A stretch of DNA of 64,000 nucleotides from contig OX597831.1 of NCBI GenBank assembly GCA_951406725.2, forward strand, positions 27,528,001 to 27,592,000, written 5' to 3'. The DNA comes from Octopus vulgaris (Eukaryota). A model generated the notes under the pieces. It was given only the letters and a program-made list of their open reading frames with translations. It ran no database searches and was not told where the DNA came from. Every line of letters begins with the position of its first letter. Positions within the stretch are counted from its first letter, which is position 1. The translations under genes were made by a program, and so were the position numbers. Positions 40,201-52,504 of this stretch are shown here, piece after piece.

Positions 40201-43200
40201 TATAGAAAAAATATTTCAAGATTTAAAATTTAAATGGTAAATACAATCAATGATAACTAAAAAAGATATCACCATATAGTTTACAATCAGTTAGCCTACC
40301 ATTAAACATTTTGCAATTAGCCTACTGCTGCATGGTTAGTAGTAAGTTAACCCAATACCAAATACTTAACAGTGCAGACCTCACTAAAGTCTCCATCAGT
40401 TTTCCCATACAGGGGGTTAACTATATTTCTGTACATGGGAAGTTACTGGCTGTAATTCTGGGAAAGCTTTCTTTTGTGGAAGACCAGCAATTTGCCAATG
40501 TGGCAAGATACCTAGTTGTCCTTGCCACCAAAATTGTCCAAAAGAAACAAAGATTGATATATCTCATTGTCGCAGAGAAACTCAATATAAAGGGCCTGAA
40601 CAAACACCACGAGGTATTCCACCAATTCAGCATGCTCTAAAAGGACAAGAGGCTAGGTTGATTGATCCTGGCAACCCACCCCGGGATTGAATAGTTTACC
40701 TTCAATCAACCATCGTTATTGATATATGTGGCCTTGTGTCAATCCAACAAACCACCACCACAACCACTACTACTACTACTAGTAGTAGTAGTACCACTAC
40801 TACTCTCAAACCATAATATTATCAATAGTGGTGAGTTGTTTTGACTTCATCAGTCCATAACAGTCAGATAAACTACAAACATCAATACACACACACACAC
40901 TTTCTAAACATGTCTATCAATACATCACCACCACCACCATCATCATCATCATCAAAAAGTCAACATGGCTTCACCACTATCACAACAATCATCATCACCC
41001 ACCAAGACAATCATCTAAACAACCACCACCAACACCATAGGGCAATTGTGTTATTAGAACTAAAGCTGTGTTATTGTATTATTATGTAAATTTGGACTGA
41101 TGCCATATAAGGACATGGCAATATAGTAGTGGTAGCAGTGGTGGTGGTGAGGGAGATGGTGATGGTAAAATAATTGGTGGCTGTTGTTATAGCCCAAGGT
41201 CAGTATAGATACTGTAGTATTATTATGGAAGGCAGATAAACAGTCAACAGAATCAAGTGGTACAATCCACAGATCCATCATCTTAATTCCAGCCCTTATT
41301 AAGGATCATATTGAACTCCCCAACATGGAGTAATAGTATAAGTTACAGCTCAGTCTTGTGAACACACAGTACTCTCTACCATTGTCCAATCTCTTCCATC
41401 AGGCCTGTAAGTGCTTGTAACATTGACCGCAGTGTAGGCTGGCGAGGTAGACTTAGTGTGTGACAGTTGCTCTTTCTCTGCATTTGTTGTTGTTGAATGT
41501 CCCAGTACAACAGCCTCAGTATTTTGAACCAGTAAAGCTACTGATATTGCAGCTGTGTGTGCATGTGTGTGTGATTTATGGCTGAGCTGAGTCAGAGGCT
41601 GTTTTAAGAATGATGTAATGTTCCTGGGGTGCTGTATGTGTACGTCTGGATCTTTAGAGATGGGTTTTGCATTTAGTGATTTGACGGAATTTATGGGAGA
41701 AAACTTACTCTGGCAACATATTGTGCCTCTTGTATGTCAAGGAGGTCGTCCATATTAAGTATATTCAGGTGTGACAGATGTATAGGAGTGTATAACAGTA
41801 GAACCTCTGGAATTAGGACAGATGTGATTGATGAAAAAGTAGTTAAGAATCGGAGTACCTATTGCCTGAAAGTCGCAGAATTGCTTTAACTTATTAGACG
41901 TAATTGGTAACTTCTGTTAGGTTGGCAGCTAGTTGGTGCTAGAGGAGGTTGTATATAATAGAAAAGGTTTGTACACAGTAGCTGGAATGAGAAAAGGGGT
42001 GAAAGACATTTAGGGAGATGGTACCTTTGCTGGTCAAGACAAATTTGTCCTTCTCCAGGCAAACTATATAATACATGTGTACAAAATGTAGTGTCACATG
42101 TGAAAAAGGACATGGTGATGCATGTACAGAGGGACATGGTTCCTTATGTGCAAAAGCAGCATTGTGCCACATGTGCAAAGGAGTTTGGTGCTACATGTTA
42201 AGACATGATTATTTATTGAATGTGCAATATGTGGAGAGAAATACGGTCTATTGAGTGGATAAAGCCTATTTTGAATGCATCCTTTAAAGCTGGATACAAA
42301 CTGTATAAGGGGATTAGGGTAATCTTGCATGATCATAAAATTTACATGATTATATCCCACATTACAACTTGGAATATTTGAAACACCATTCAGCCACACA
42401 TCATCATTATCATCAGCATCATTGTGTTTATGTACAAGGTTTACCGGGACTGTGTCGGTGGCACATAAAAAACACCATCCGAGCATGGCCGTTCGCCAGC
42501 CTTGTCTGGCACCTGTGTCGGTGGCACATAAAAAGCACCCACTACACTCACGGAATGGTTGGCGTTAGGAAGGGCATCCAGCTGTAGAAACACTGCCAGA
42601 TCTGACTGGCCTGGTGCAGCCTTCGGGCTTCCCAGACCCCAGTTGAACCGTCCAACCCATGCTAGCATGGAAAGCGGACGTTAAACGATGATGATGATGA
42701 TGATGTTACCCCTGCAGTGTTGGGAGGGGAGAGAACCTCTCATCCATTTAACGTAATGAAACTGTATAGACAAAATAATGGTATTTCACAAACCAACCAG
42801 GGCTTTAGGGGACGCACAGACACAAGAATAGAAGGAAAGAGAAACAGACTGATAGCAAGTGTGTAATTCCTTCTAGACAGTTGACACCTCTCCCTTGCAA
42901 TGTCTTCAGATTTTCACTCAACTAGAAACAACACCCAAAGTCAGCCTTCTTCGCCATCAAACTTGCAACTGTATAATATGAAGACCTGTAAAGAACTGCC
43001 AGGAATGGGCCAGAGAAATCAATTATTTGGTACTGCTTATAATAATGGACGCTGTCTTTGGCACATGGCCAGAGATGTGGTGTATGGGTAGAGTTACAAG
43101 AAGCAATGACCTTAGTATGTGACTATGGTGAAAAATTAAGACTTAACTAGAAAGCATCAATGATATAATAACAACAATAGTAAAAATAACAATAATAATC

Positions 43201-43402
43201 CTTTCTACTAAAGGCACAATGCTTGAAACTTGGGGAGAGGGGACTAAACAATTACTTTGACCCCAGTGTTTCACTGATACTTAATCTATCAACTCTGGAG
43301 ATGACAGGTGACGTTGACCTTGGCAGAATTTAAACTCAGAACATCAAGACATACCACTAAGCATTTCACCTGGCATGGTAATGATTCTGCCAGCTCACCA
43401 CC

Positions 43403-43446
<44 letters not shown>

Positions 43447-44191
43447 TGCTTTCTACTATAGACACAAAGCCTGAAGTTTTGTTGGGAGAGGGGATAATCA
43501 ATTACATCGACCCTAGTACTCAAGTGGTACTTATATCATTGATCCCTGAAAGGAGGATAGGTGAAGTTGATCCCAGTGGAATTTGAACTCAGATTGTAAA
43601 GACGGATGACATACTGCTAAGCATTTTGTTCAGTGTTGTAACGATTTTGCCAGCTTGCTGCCTTAATAATAATAACAATAATAATAATAATAATAACAAT
43701 AATAATAATAATCCTTTCTACTAAAGGAAAAAGGCCTGAAAATTTGAGGGCAGTTGTATAGACAATTATACCAACCCCAGTATGTGACTGGTACCTATTT
43801 TATCAACCCTGAAAGAATGAAAAGCAAAGTCAGTCTCAGTGGAATCTGGACTCAGAATGTAAAGGTGGAAGAAATGCTGAAAAACATTTTGGCCAGCATG
43901 CTCTGTTACAAAGGAGATAGATGAGGAGAAGGGCTACAAAAAAAAAAAAAAAAAAGTACACAGAAATCCAAGGATGTGAAATGTATAAATTATACAAAAT
44001 ACGAAATCACAAGAGCAGAACTGTCACCTAAATAACAACTAAATCTCCCTCAATCAAATTTTGTTGTCTTAATTAGAAGTACACACTAGACAATATAGCC
44101 CTATATAGTCTGAAAAAGACAGGATGGTCATGTCTGGAATGTCTTTGATCATAAGTCAGCTTAACCAAGGTTGACCTGGAACTGAAAAAGA

Positions 44192-45310
44192 GGGAAGAGC
44201 AATGGAGATAATGAGGGTTTTGATGAGAATCGACAAGCTGGTCTGTTTTAGAAGGTTTTAGATTCTAAAACAGACCAGAAACAAAGATAATCCTAACAAA
44301 GGCAAGTGCCCCGTCCCATCTGTATTCCTTGGCCCACAAGCTGAGAGCAGAACCATTCACTCAGAGCATACTTGCTGCTCACCTACTTTTCTGCAAACTC
44401 ATTGAAGGATGGTGAAGTAGAACTTGAACAATTCAATGAGAGCTTGACCAAATGAGGAAGTGTCTGACTTCATTCCCGTCAGTCATTCAAATTACACAAA
44501 TTGTCACACCATAGCAACAAGTCTGAGGAAAAAAGAAAAAAAAAACTCCCTACACCTACCAGCCAAAGGAAAACGATGGGTGTAAACTAAAGCCAATTGT
44601 CAGATCTGTTCTACACAGAGCCACACAAGGTAACAATAGACACCAAGTGAGAAATGGTTTTATCGCTATGCACGTATCGCTAGGCGCAGGAGTGGTTATG
44701 TGGTAAGTAGCTTGCCTACCAACCACATGGTTCTGGGTTCAGTCCAACCGCGGGCACCTTGGGCAAGTGTCTTCTGCTATAGCCCCGGGCCGACCAATGC
44801 CTTGAGTGGATTTGGTAGACGGAAACTGAAAGAAGCCTGTCGTATATATGTATATATATGTATGTGTGTGTGGTATTTGTTTGTGTGTGTGTGTGTGTGT
44901 TTGTGTGTCTGTGTTTGTCCCCTAGCATTGCTTGACAACCGATGCTGGTGTGTTTACGTCCCCGTCACTTAGCGGTTCGGCAAAAGAGACCGATAGAATA
45001 AGCACTGGGCTTACAAAAGAATAAGTCCCGGGGTCGATTTGCTCGACTAAAGGCGGTGCTCCAGCATGGCTACAGTCAAATGACTGAAACAAGTAAAAGA
45101 AAGTATCACAAGCAGGCTCAGCTGAGGGTACATCTTTGCCAGTAGAGTTTAGCTTGAACTAGCAGTGCTTGCCACCCTACAGCACTGCCAGATCAAGTTG
45201 TGCCTGAGATTTCTGGAAGTTAGTCTTAGTCTTCTAGCTAAAAGCCCCTGACAAAACAAACCAGCTTGTCAATTCTCATCAAAACCCACATTTACTCCAC
45301 CACTCTTTCC
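44192..45310. mobile_element. TIR element (~55-bp TIRs) containing a nested SINE
   Basis: GGGTTTTGATGAGAATCGACAAGCTGGTCTGTTTT versus AAAACAAACCAGCTTGTCAATTCTCATCAAAACCC. Confidence 0.6.
44683..45102 (+). mobile_element. Full-length tRNA-derived CORE-type SINE (dominant family in the window)
   Basis: Head GGCGCAGGAGTGG...GGTTCAGTCC, CORE-like GGCACCTTGGGCAAGTGTCTT, internal (TA)n(TG)n, tail GACTGAAACAAGTAAAAGA. Further + copies ~21261-21645, 28934-29303, 29403-29762, 48391-48783, 55570-55900, 63840-63970. Confidence 0.9.
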
Positions 45311-46015
45311 TACCAACAGTAGGCCCTCTTTTGACTTTATAGTGTTTTCAATTCCTGGTCAATCTTCATTGAACAGACATACCATGCATGACCATCTTGC
45401 TTTTTTTTTTTAGGTTTTATGCAGGACTGCATTATCTAATGTGTCCTTATAATTAAGACAACAGAATGTTGTTGAAGGAGATTTGGTTGCTATTTTTAGC
45501 AGGTCAGACAACCACATAAGGGTATTTCTTGAACCAGATATACCGGTGTCTCACAAAACATAAGAAAAATTGCATGAGTACGGAAGGTTTATAAAAACAG
45601 GTATTTCAAAGCAATTACAACCAACCCATCTAGAAAATGTGTGGAGAGCATTTTGCAACTGTCAAATGATATGTGGGTGTGTCTTCACAATGTAAGGCTA
45701 GAAATTTGGGACGCAGGAATAGTTGAGTAGGTAAAGTTCACATTACCATCTTTTAACATCCAATTTTCCATGCTTGCATGGGTCAGAGAGAATTTGTTGT
45801 GGCAGATTTTCTACAGCTTGATGCCCTTACTGTTGCCAACCCTCACCTGTTTTCAAATAAGGGTGATACTCCCAGTGACCAGACATATTTTATGGAAGAT
45901 TAGAAATGAAGAATACTTCTTGTATTCTTCATTCATGTATTGTATTCATGAATACAATACATGTATTCTTGTATTCATGAAGTCAAAGCAAGGAAGAAGA
46001 CAGTCAATCAGTCAG

Positions 46016-46048
<33 letters not shown>

Positions 46049-46183
46049 GTTATGCTAAGAAGTGGTGCTTAGCACCAGAATTTGCGACTCCAGTCAAATG
46101 TAACAAGCTAATGCAAATTGTTGTTAGAGTGTCCGTGTAAGTGGAGTCTGGACTGGCTCGTTTGTACAGGCATCAAGATGTAT

Positions 46184-46314
46184 TAGTTGTGATAATGAAG
46201 TCAAATCAAACAGTGATACATGTTTCAGGTTTACCTAATATATAATAATATATGACAGGAAACACATCCATTACAAAAACATTACTATTTGGTTTGACTT
46301 CATTATTACAACTA
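46184..46314. mobile_element. Small Tc1/mariner-like MITE
   Basis: 34-bp inverted repeats with 4 mismatches (TAGTTGTGATAATGAAGTCAAATCAAACAGTGAT), TA at both ends. Confidence 0.55.
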
Positions 46315-46323
46315 TGTGTGTGC

Positions 46324-46625
46324 GGAGGCGAAATGGCCCAGTGGTTAGGGCAGCGGACTCATGATCGTAGGATTGCGGTTTCAATTCCCAGACCGGGCGT
46401 TGTGAGTGTTTATTGAGCGAAAACACCTAAAGCTCTACGAGGCTCCGGTAGGGGGCAGTGGCAATCCCTGCTGTACTCTTTCGCCACAACTTTCTCTCAC
46501 TCTTTCCTCTGTTGGCCAGCTCGCTTAGCCAGCAGGATGGCATCATTTGAAGGCTTAAAACAATGCGAAGCGCATTGTGACCAGTGATGTGTAGCAACAT
46601 CAGATAGCCTGATCGGTCAGTGATA
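46324..46625 (+). mobile_element. Fourth tRNA-derived SINE family (GGAGGCGCAATGGCCCAGTGGTTAGGGCAGCGGACTC-type head)
   Basis: A-box TGGCCCAGTGG, B-box-like GGTTTCAATTCC. Related copies 3110-3480 (+), 7420-7720 (-), 58050-58371 (-), 61443-61685 (+), 19985-20260 (+), 25160-25320. Confidence 0.8.
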
Positions 46626-46656
46626 TATATATATATCTCAGAAGCCTCTTAAATTA

Positions 46657-46743
46657 CCCCTGATGAGAGAAATGCAGGTGATCATTATGGCTGCAAATAA
46701 CTCACTCATTCCAACATATATATTCTCAAAACGGCTGTCAAGA
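46657..46743 (+). ncRNA. Degenerate hammerhead-like motif
   Basis: CCC-CTGATGA-GAGAA...TTCTC-AAAAC-GGCT-GTC; G12 replaced by A and stem I broken. Confidence 0.4.
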
Positions 46744-46931
46744 CTTTGTACCCACCGAAGATTCTTCTTAAAATCATCTTGTACCACCATTTCATCTATT
46801 TGGATTACAGCTTTACATTAACCATGTGCATCTTTTAATATCCTTATTGATCTCTAACACAGATATACAACCTCACAAGATCTCTTGCAAGTACATTAAT
46901 AATTTATATGCATTCATATATATATATATAT

Positions 46932-47131
46932 ATTCTTTTCTTTTTATTTGTTTCAGTCATTCAACTGTGGCTATGCTGGAGCACCACCTTTAGTTGAGTG
47001 AATCAACCCCAGGACTTATACTTTGTAAGCCTAGTACTTATTCTATCGGTCTCTCTTGCCGAACCGCTAAGTGACGGGGACGTAAACACACCAGCATCGG
47101 TTGTCAAGCGATGTTGTGGGGACAAACACAG

Positions 47132-47182
<51 letters not shown>

Positions 47183-47349
47183 TATATATACGATGGGCTT
47201 CTTTCAGTTCCTGTCTACCAAATCCACTCACAAGGCTTTGGTCAGCCCGAGGCTATAGTAGAGAGCACCTGCCCAAGGTGCCACGCAGTGGGACTGAACC
47301 TGGAACCATGTGGTTGGTAAGCAAGCTACTTACCACACAGCCACTCCTG
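46932..47349 (-). mobile_element. CORE-type SINE, minus-strand copy
   Basis: Reverse complement of 44683-45102. Other minus copies ~3997-4576, 6853-7265, 10766-11090, 11495-11857, 24364-24732, 47920-48260, 48885-49160, 53550-53890, 55110-55538, 58500-58860, 63479-63747. Confidence 0.9.
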
Positions 47350-50127
47350 AGTGCACCTATGTATGCTGTGAAGTATTCCGATGCTGTGAAATATATCGAG
47401 TGATTAAGAACACTGTCTTCTGAAATTTATTCTGTTTTTTTGTTTTTATTTATTCTCTTTTTTTTATATTAGAGCGCTAATTAGTTAAGCTGTATAAGGG
47501 GATAATTATCCTATTTTTTCTTCATTATATACATACAATGGGCTTCTTTCAGTGTCCATCTCCCAAATCCGCTCACAAGATTTTGAGCAACCCAGGGCTA
47601 GAGTAGAAGACATTTGTCAAAGGTGTCCTGCAGTGGAACTGAACCTGAAACACCAGGTGGTTGGGAACACACTTCTTACCACACAGCCATGCCCGCACCA
47701 CTGTTAGATTTGAACTCAAATTAGTGAAAAGAAAAAAAAAAAAACAGGACTACTGACAGTTCTATGGTATCCATAGATTTGGGGGACACATGAGAACTAA
47801 ATTAGCATAACTACAGATTGATGCCTCACCAAAGACTGTTTCCTCTTCCCTTATATGGTATGCACAATTTTTTAATGATATTTCGAAGAAATGTTTCCGA
47901 GGGTGTAAATTGCATAATCTATTATCTTTTGTTTCAGTCAATGGACTGTGGCCACGCTGGGGCAGTGACTCAAAGGGTTTTTAGTGAAACAAATCAACCT
48001 CAGTACCCACAGTACTTATTTTAAAGTTTGGTACTTATGTTACTGGTATCTTTTGCCAAACTGCTAATTTATGGAGACGTAAACAAACCAACACCGTCAA
48101 GTGGCAGGAGAAAATACGCCGACCAAGTCCACTCTCAAGGCTCTAGTCAGTCTAGGGCTATAGTGGAAGACGCTTGCCCAAAGTGCCATGCAGTGGGACT
48201 GAGCCGAAGGCCACATGGTTTTTTATAAGCGAGCTTCTTAACCACACAGCTGTGCCTGTACTGATATTTCAAACACAGAAATCTGGAAAAACGAAAAGTG
48301 CTGAAGTTGCAGAAGTTGGTGAGTGACAACAAAATGAGGGCAGATGGAGCAAAAAAAAAAAAAGAACTTTTATTTTCTAAATCTTATCAACGTGGCTGTG
48401 TGGTAAGTAGCTTGCTAACCAAACACATGGTTCAGGGTTCAGTCCCACTGCGTGGCATCTTGGGCAAGTGTCTTCTGCTATAGCCCCGGGCTGACCAATG
48501 CCTTGTGAGTGGATTTGGTAGACGGAAACTGAAAGAAGCCTGTCGTATATATGTATATATATATATATATGTGTATGTTTGTGTGTCTGTGTTTGTCCCC
48601 CTAGTATTGCTTGACAACCGATGCTGGTGTGTTTATGTCCCCGTTACTTGGCGGTTCGGCAAAAGAGACCGATAGAATAAGTACTGGGCTTACAAAGAAT
48701 AAGTCCCGGGGTCGATTTGCTCGACTAAAGGCGGTGCTCCAGCATGGGCCGCAGTCAAAATGACTGAAACAAGTAAAAGAGTATAACCATAATATACACA
48801 CACTCAAGAAATATAGCTCAGCTGAGTCTGACCATTTGAAACATTTCAAATTTTCCACACGGATGTAGTTTTGCATGTTGATAACTCTTTACTCTTTTTT
48901 ACTTGTTTCAGTCACTTGACGGCGGCCATGCTGGAGCACTTGCCTTTAGTCGAAGAAATCGACCCCCCCCCCCAGGACTTATTCTCTTTGTAAGCCTAGT
49001 AACTTATTCCATCGGTCTCTTTTGCTGAACCGCTAAGTTATGGCGACGTAAACACAACCTCACAAGATCTCTTGCAAGTACATTAATAATTTATATATAT
49101 ATTCTTTTCTTTTTATTTGTTGTCAAGCGATGTTTGGGGGGGGGGGGGAGACAAACACACATTAAGAAAAAGACTAAGACGATACTAAGAAAATCTTAAG
49201 TTATTTACCAATCAGACCCCCTCCATTGCTGATTGGCTAAAATTACATAATTTCAAATGCATGTAACTTTTTAAATATTCATTTATAGTAAAAACAAGAA
49301 AAAAGAAAAAAAATGAATGAATGCAATTTTTGTCACCAGCAAGCAAAACTGAAATCAGTGTATGAAATTTTTTTTTAAAATCTGGCGAAAATTTAGATTA
49401 TTACAAGTGGTTGGAGTAATTTTAAAATGATCCCAAAATAGGCATTTTTGTAATATAGTCATAATAAGGACACAAATTCAAGGGGGCACCAATGTATAGT
49501 TTACCCATCCAACCCACTTTTGTTTGATAGCTGAGCTAGACTTAGCATTTTAATTGGTTTACAAACCAGAAATCTCCATGTGAAGAAGAAGAATAACAAA
49601 GGTTACAATAACCTAACTGGAGCAGAACCATAGCAGAGTGGTTGTCTTCTTCAGAAATAGACTAATTGATGATAACGATTAACAAACATTTAGTCAAGCT
49701 GTTGGTAAAATAGATTTTATCTGATCACTAATTCTCGTCAGAGCTGAATAAATATTTAATGTTTTAATTAAATTTGCATGTTATTTCTGTCATAAAAACG
49801 AAAAACAAAAAGACTATATGACGACAATTTTAACAAATAACAAGCATCTTAAGAAACATCAGTTTTTTGAAATCTAAGTTGTGCTCAGGGTTCAAATGAG
49901 TGTAGTTTTGTTTATTAGGTCAGTACATGTAGACGTAGGACCTAAAAGGTTTTTTTCAACCATGACCATCCAGTCTAAGGTTTTAGGACTACATAATGTG
50001 GTTACTTTTACATCTTTTAAAAAAAAAAAAAAAACTGGCGTAATTTGAAGGGCAACTGGCTGCCATTTCTAGTTGTTTTTGTAGATTACTGACACACACC
50101 CTACAAAAAAAAAAAGGGGGCGAGATG

Positions 50128-50395
50128 TGTTTATACAGAGTAAACACGTATTTTAACTGTGGAAATTAAGAAAAAAGATTTACGGAGCAAATATGTATCT
50201 TAACCATGGAAATTAAGAAACGGCGAACCTTCGATATATGTACCAGAAACCGGTTTACAGAATAAATATGTATTTCAAGTGTGGAAATTAAGAAATCCAA
50301 TTTACAGAGCAAACTTGTATTTTAACTATGGAAAATTTTTTTTTTTAATTCCAATTTACGGTGTAAACTCCTTTAACCGAGGGAATTAAGAGAAC
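50128..50395. repeat. Five ~47-bp diverged units TTTACAGAG...TGGAAATTAAGAAA
   Basis: Units start at ~50129, 50179, 50254, 50300, 50355. Confidence 0.8.
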
Positions 50396-51012
50396 TAAAA
50401 TTAATTTATGTTACTGAAAGACTAAGAGTACCCAGAAATTAAGAGTCTATCTGAAAAACAAACAAACAAGGGGTGTGTAGGGGGGATGATGAGTTTCACA
50501 AGGCAGGGGTTGATGAAATAGACAAACTGATTCCTTGGCGCTGTGTACGTGGTAAGACCTCTCGTAGGTTCAATTCCCGACAAGTACTCATTTTTTTTCC
50601 TTTTAACAGCCATCCTTGTATTGTACTCAACTAACATTTAAAAAAAAGCTATGTAATATACCATTGGAGCATGGTTAGGTGATGTTCACTAACACAAAAG
50701 GAGAAAAAAAATAGTTTTCGTTTTGCACACGTATACAAATGTACGTTATATAAGTATGTACATATGTGTACACACACCTCTTGGCAGACACTCGGTCTGC
50801 TAGGCATAACAGCCAAATGTCATTCAAATCACCACTGCAGTTTTAAATAAATAAATAAATAAATAAAAATACATATATTAGACAATGAAGCTATTGGATT
50901 ATACAAAAAGACAGGGATGGCCATGGCCGGCATGTTTTTTAGTCATATGTCAGCTCGATTAGAACTGACCAAAGGATTGGAGAAAGAGAGAGAGAGAGAG
51001 AGATGAACTTAC

Positions 51013-51255
51013 ACCTTCTACATTCCTTATGAAGTAACATCCACTGCTGCCCTTCGAACTAAGTTCGGGATGAACCCCGCATTCGATGGCCGTTTCCGAG
51101 TCCCGAACTAAATGGGAGAACTCCACGTCGTCCTTAAACACATTAATAGTTGGTGGTCCTTCGGCGTGTCCTTCTATCGTCTCGTAATCCTCCATCGAGT
51201 TACCATTGTGTTTCTCACTCAGTATTTTCGTTTTGTCCCCCGACCCCGCAGCCAT
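51013..51255 (-). CDS. PI4K2: First coding exon (81 aa) of a type II phosphatidylinositol 4-kinase (PI4KII family)
   Basis: Translation MAAGSGDK...FKDDVEFSHLVRDSETAIECGVHPELSSKGSSGCYFIRNVEG matches the PI4KII N-lobe (human PI4K2A [39 protein letters not shown], recalled). ATG at 51255-51253 in context AGGATGG; ends GAA GGT|GTAAGT (phase-0 donor at 51012), just before the expected VFKPK segment. Confidence 0.9.
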
Positions 51256-52504
51256 CCTGCTAATTATAACCACACTAATTATTATACTTAATTACAATTT
51301 CTTCTGTTTCTTTTTTTTAATAATGATGCCTTCTTTACGTTATAAATACACATATATCCACCTATATACATATATACATGTATGGTTGTGTGTGTGTGTG
51401 TGTGTGTTTTTGCCCTTCTTTAAAGTATCTGCATATTATATACACGTTCACATATGTACGTATCTTTATGCATGTTTATCATTCAACGGTACACACGCAT
51501 GTGTGTACATACCATGTGCTTATATTTATACACACGTACTTATATATATATTATATTATATTATATTAGTTACCGCTGTCGGCTTTGTATTATACGACCA
51601 TCCATATCTAATTATTGCTTACAGAATCATATAACCTATAAAAGTGTGTATCTATATGTATCTATTTTACCCTAGACACGTACATGTGGTATATGTATAT
51701 GTGTTATATCTTATCTTCTGTACCTCACTGTCGTCTGGTATAATCATATATATATACGTATAAATCCATGTTGTACAACAGACCAACTGAAAGTATAAAA
51801 CACACACAACAACAACAACAACAGCAGCAGCAATACTAACACTAATACCACTACCGACACTAAACAAGCTCTCTCTCTCACTTTTACAATAAATGTACGT
51901 ATATGTGTGTGCGTAGTACAACAGATGGTTTTAACACACACACATACATACATATATATATATGCGTGCGTATATATATGTGTGTGTGCGTGCGTTTCCT
52001 TGACTATCCCAGTAAAAAAAAAATAAATATCAGAGACTGCCGGTTGTGACGGTTTTATTGTGAAATAAAACTACGTAGTCAGTAAATTAGTAGAAGCAGT
52101 AGTAGTAGGTCACCACGTTAGTCCCATTGATAACCTACAAGCCAAACCATCCCACCACCTTGTGCAGGGTGATCTCACAAAGAAGGAATTTATTTCGGAC
52201 ACACTAAAAACCAATGGTGCGTGTATATAACGTGTATGTATATAAGTATATACCTCTCTCTCTCTCACACGTGTGTGTATATATATATATATACACAGTT
52301 TAATTAAACCGAGTTCAGTCCTCGGGTGTCCGGCTACAAAACACACCATTCAGAGTATTGAGTACTTATTCTCCCGTTCGGTAAAAAAATCAACACATAC
52401 GCGCGCGCGCGCACGCGGTTATTTATTTTTATAACATGCTCCAGCGTGGCCTTTGCCGTGGTGGCTGAACGAAACCCAAAATACAAATGTGTGTATAATA
52501 TACA

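Noticed and set aside
40311-40640. Overlapping non-repetitive ORFs as a possible PI4K2 exon
   Set aside because: No PI4KII motif in the frames I read and no recognisable homology.
41220-42370. Possible ancient LINE ORF1/endonuclease remnant (VGYNHV..YPNPL, Cys/His spacing, VGEFN)
   Set aside because: Too degenerate to support without a profile search.
50128-50395. Repeat-spacer look resembling CRISPR
   Set aside because: Eukaryotic context, diverged units, only one spacer-like gap, no cas genes.
51724-51787. Possible non-coding 5' UTR exon of PI4K2 (TTTCAG acceptor, GAG|GTACAG donor)
   Set aside because: Weak donor and no clear acceptor before the ATG exon; needs transcript data.
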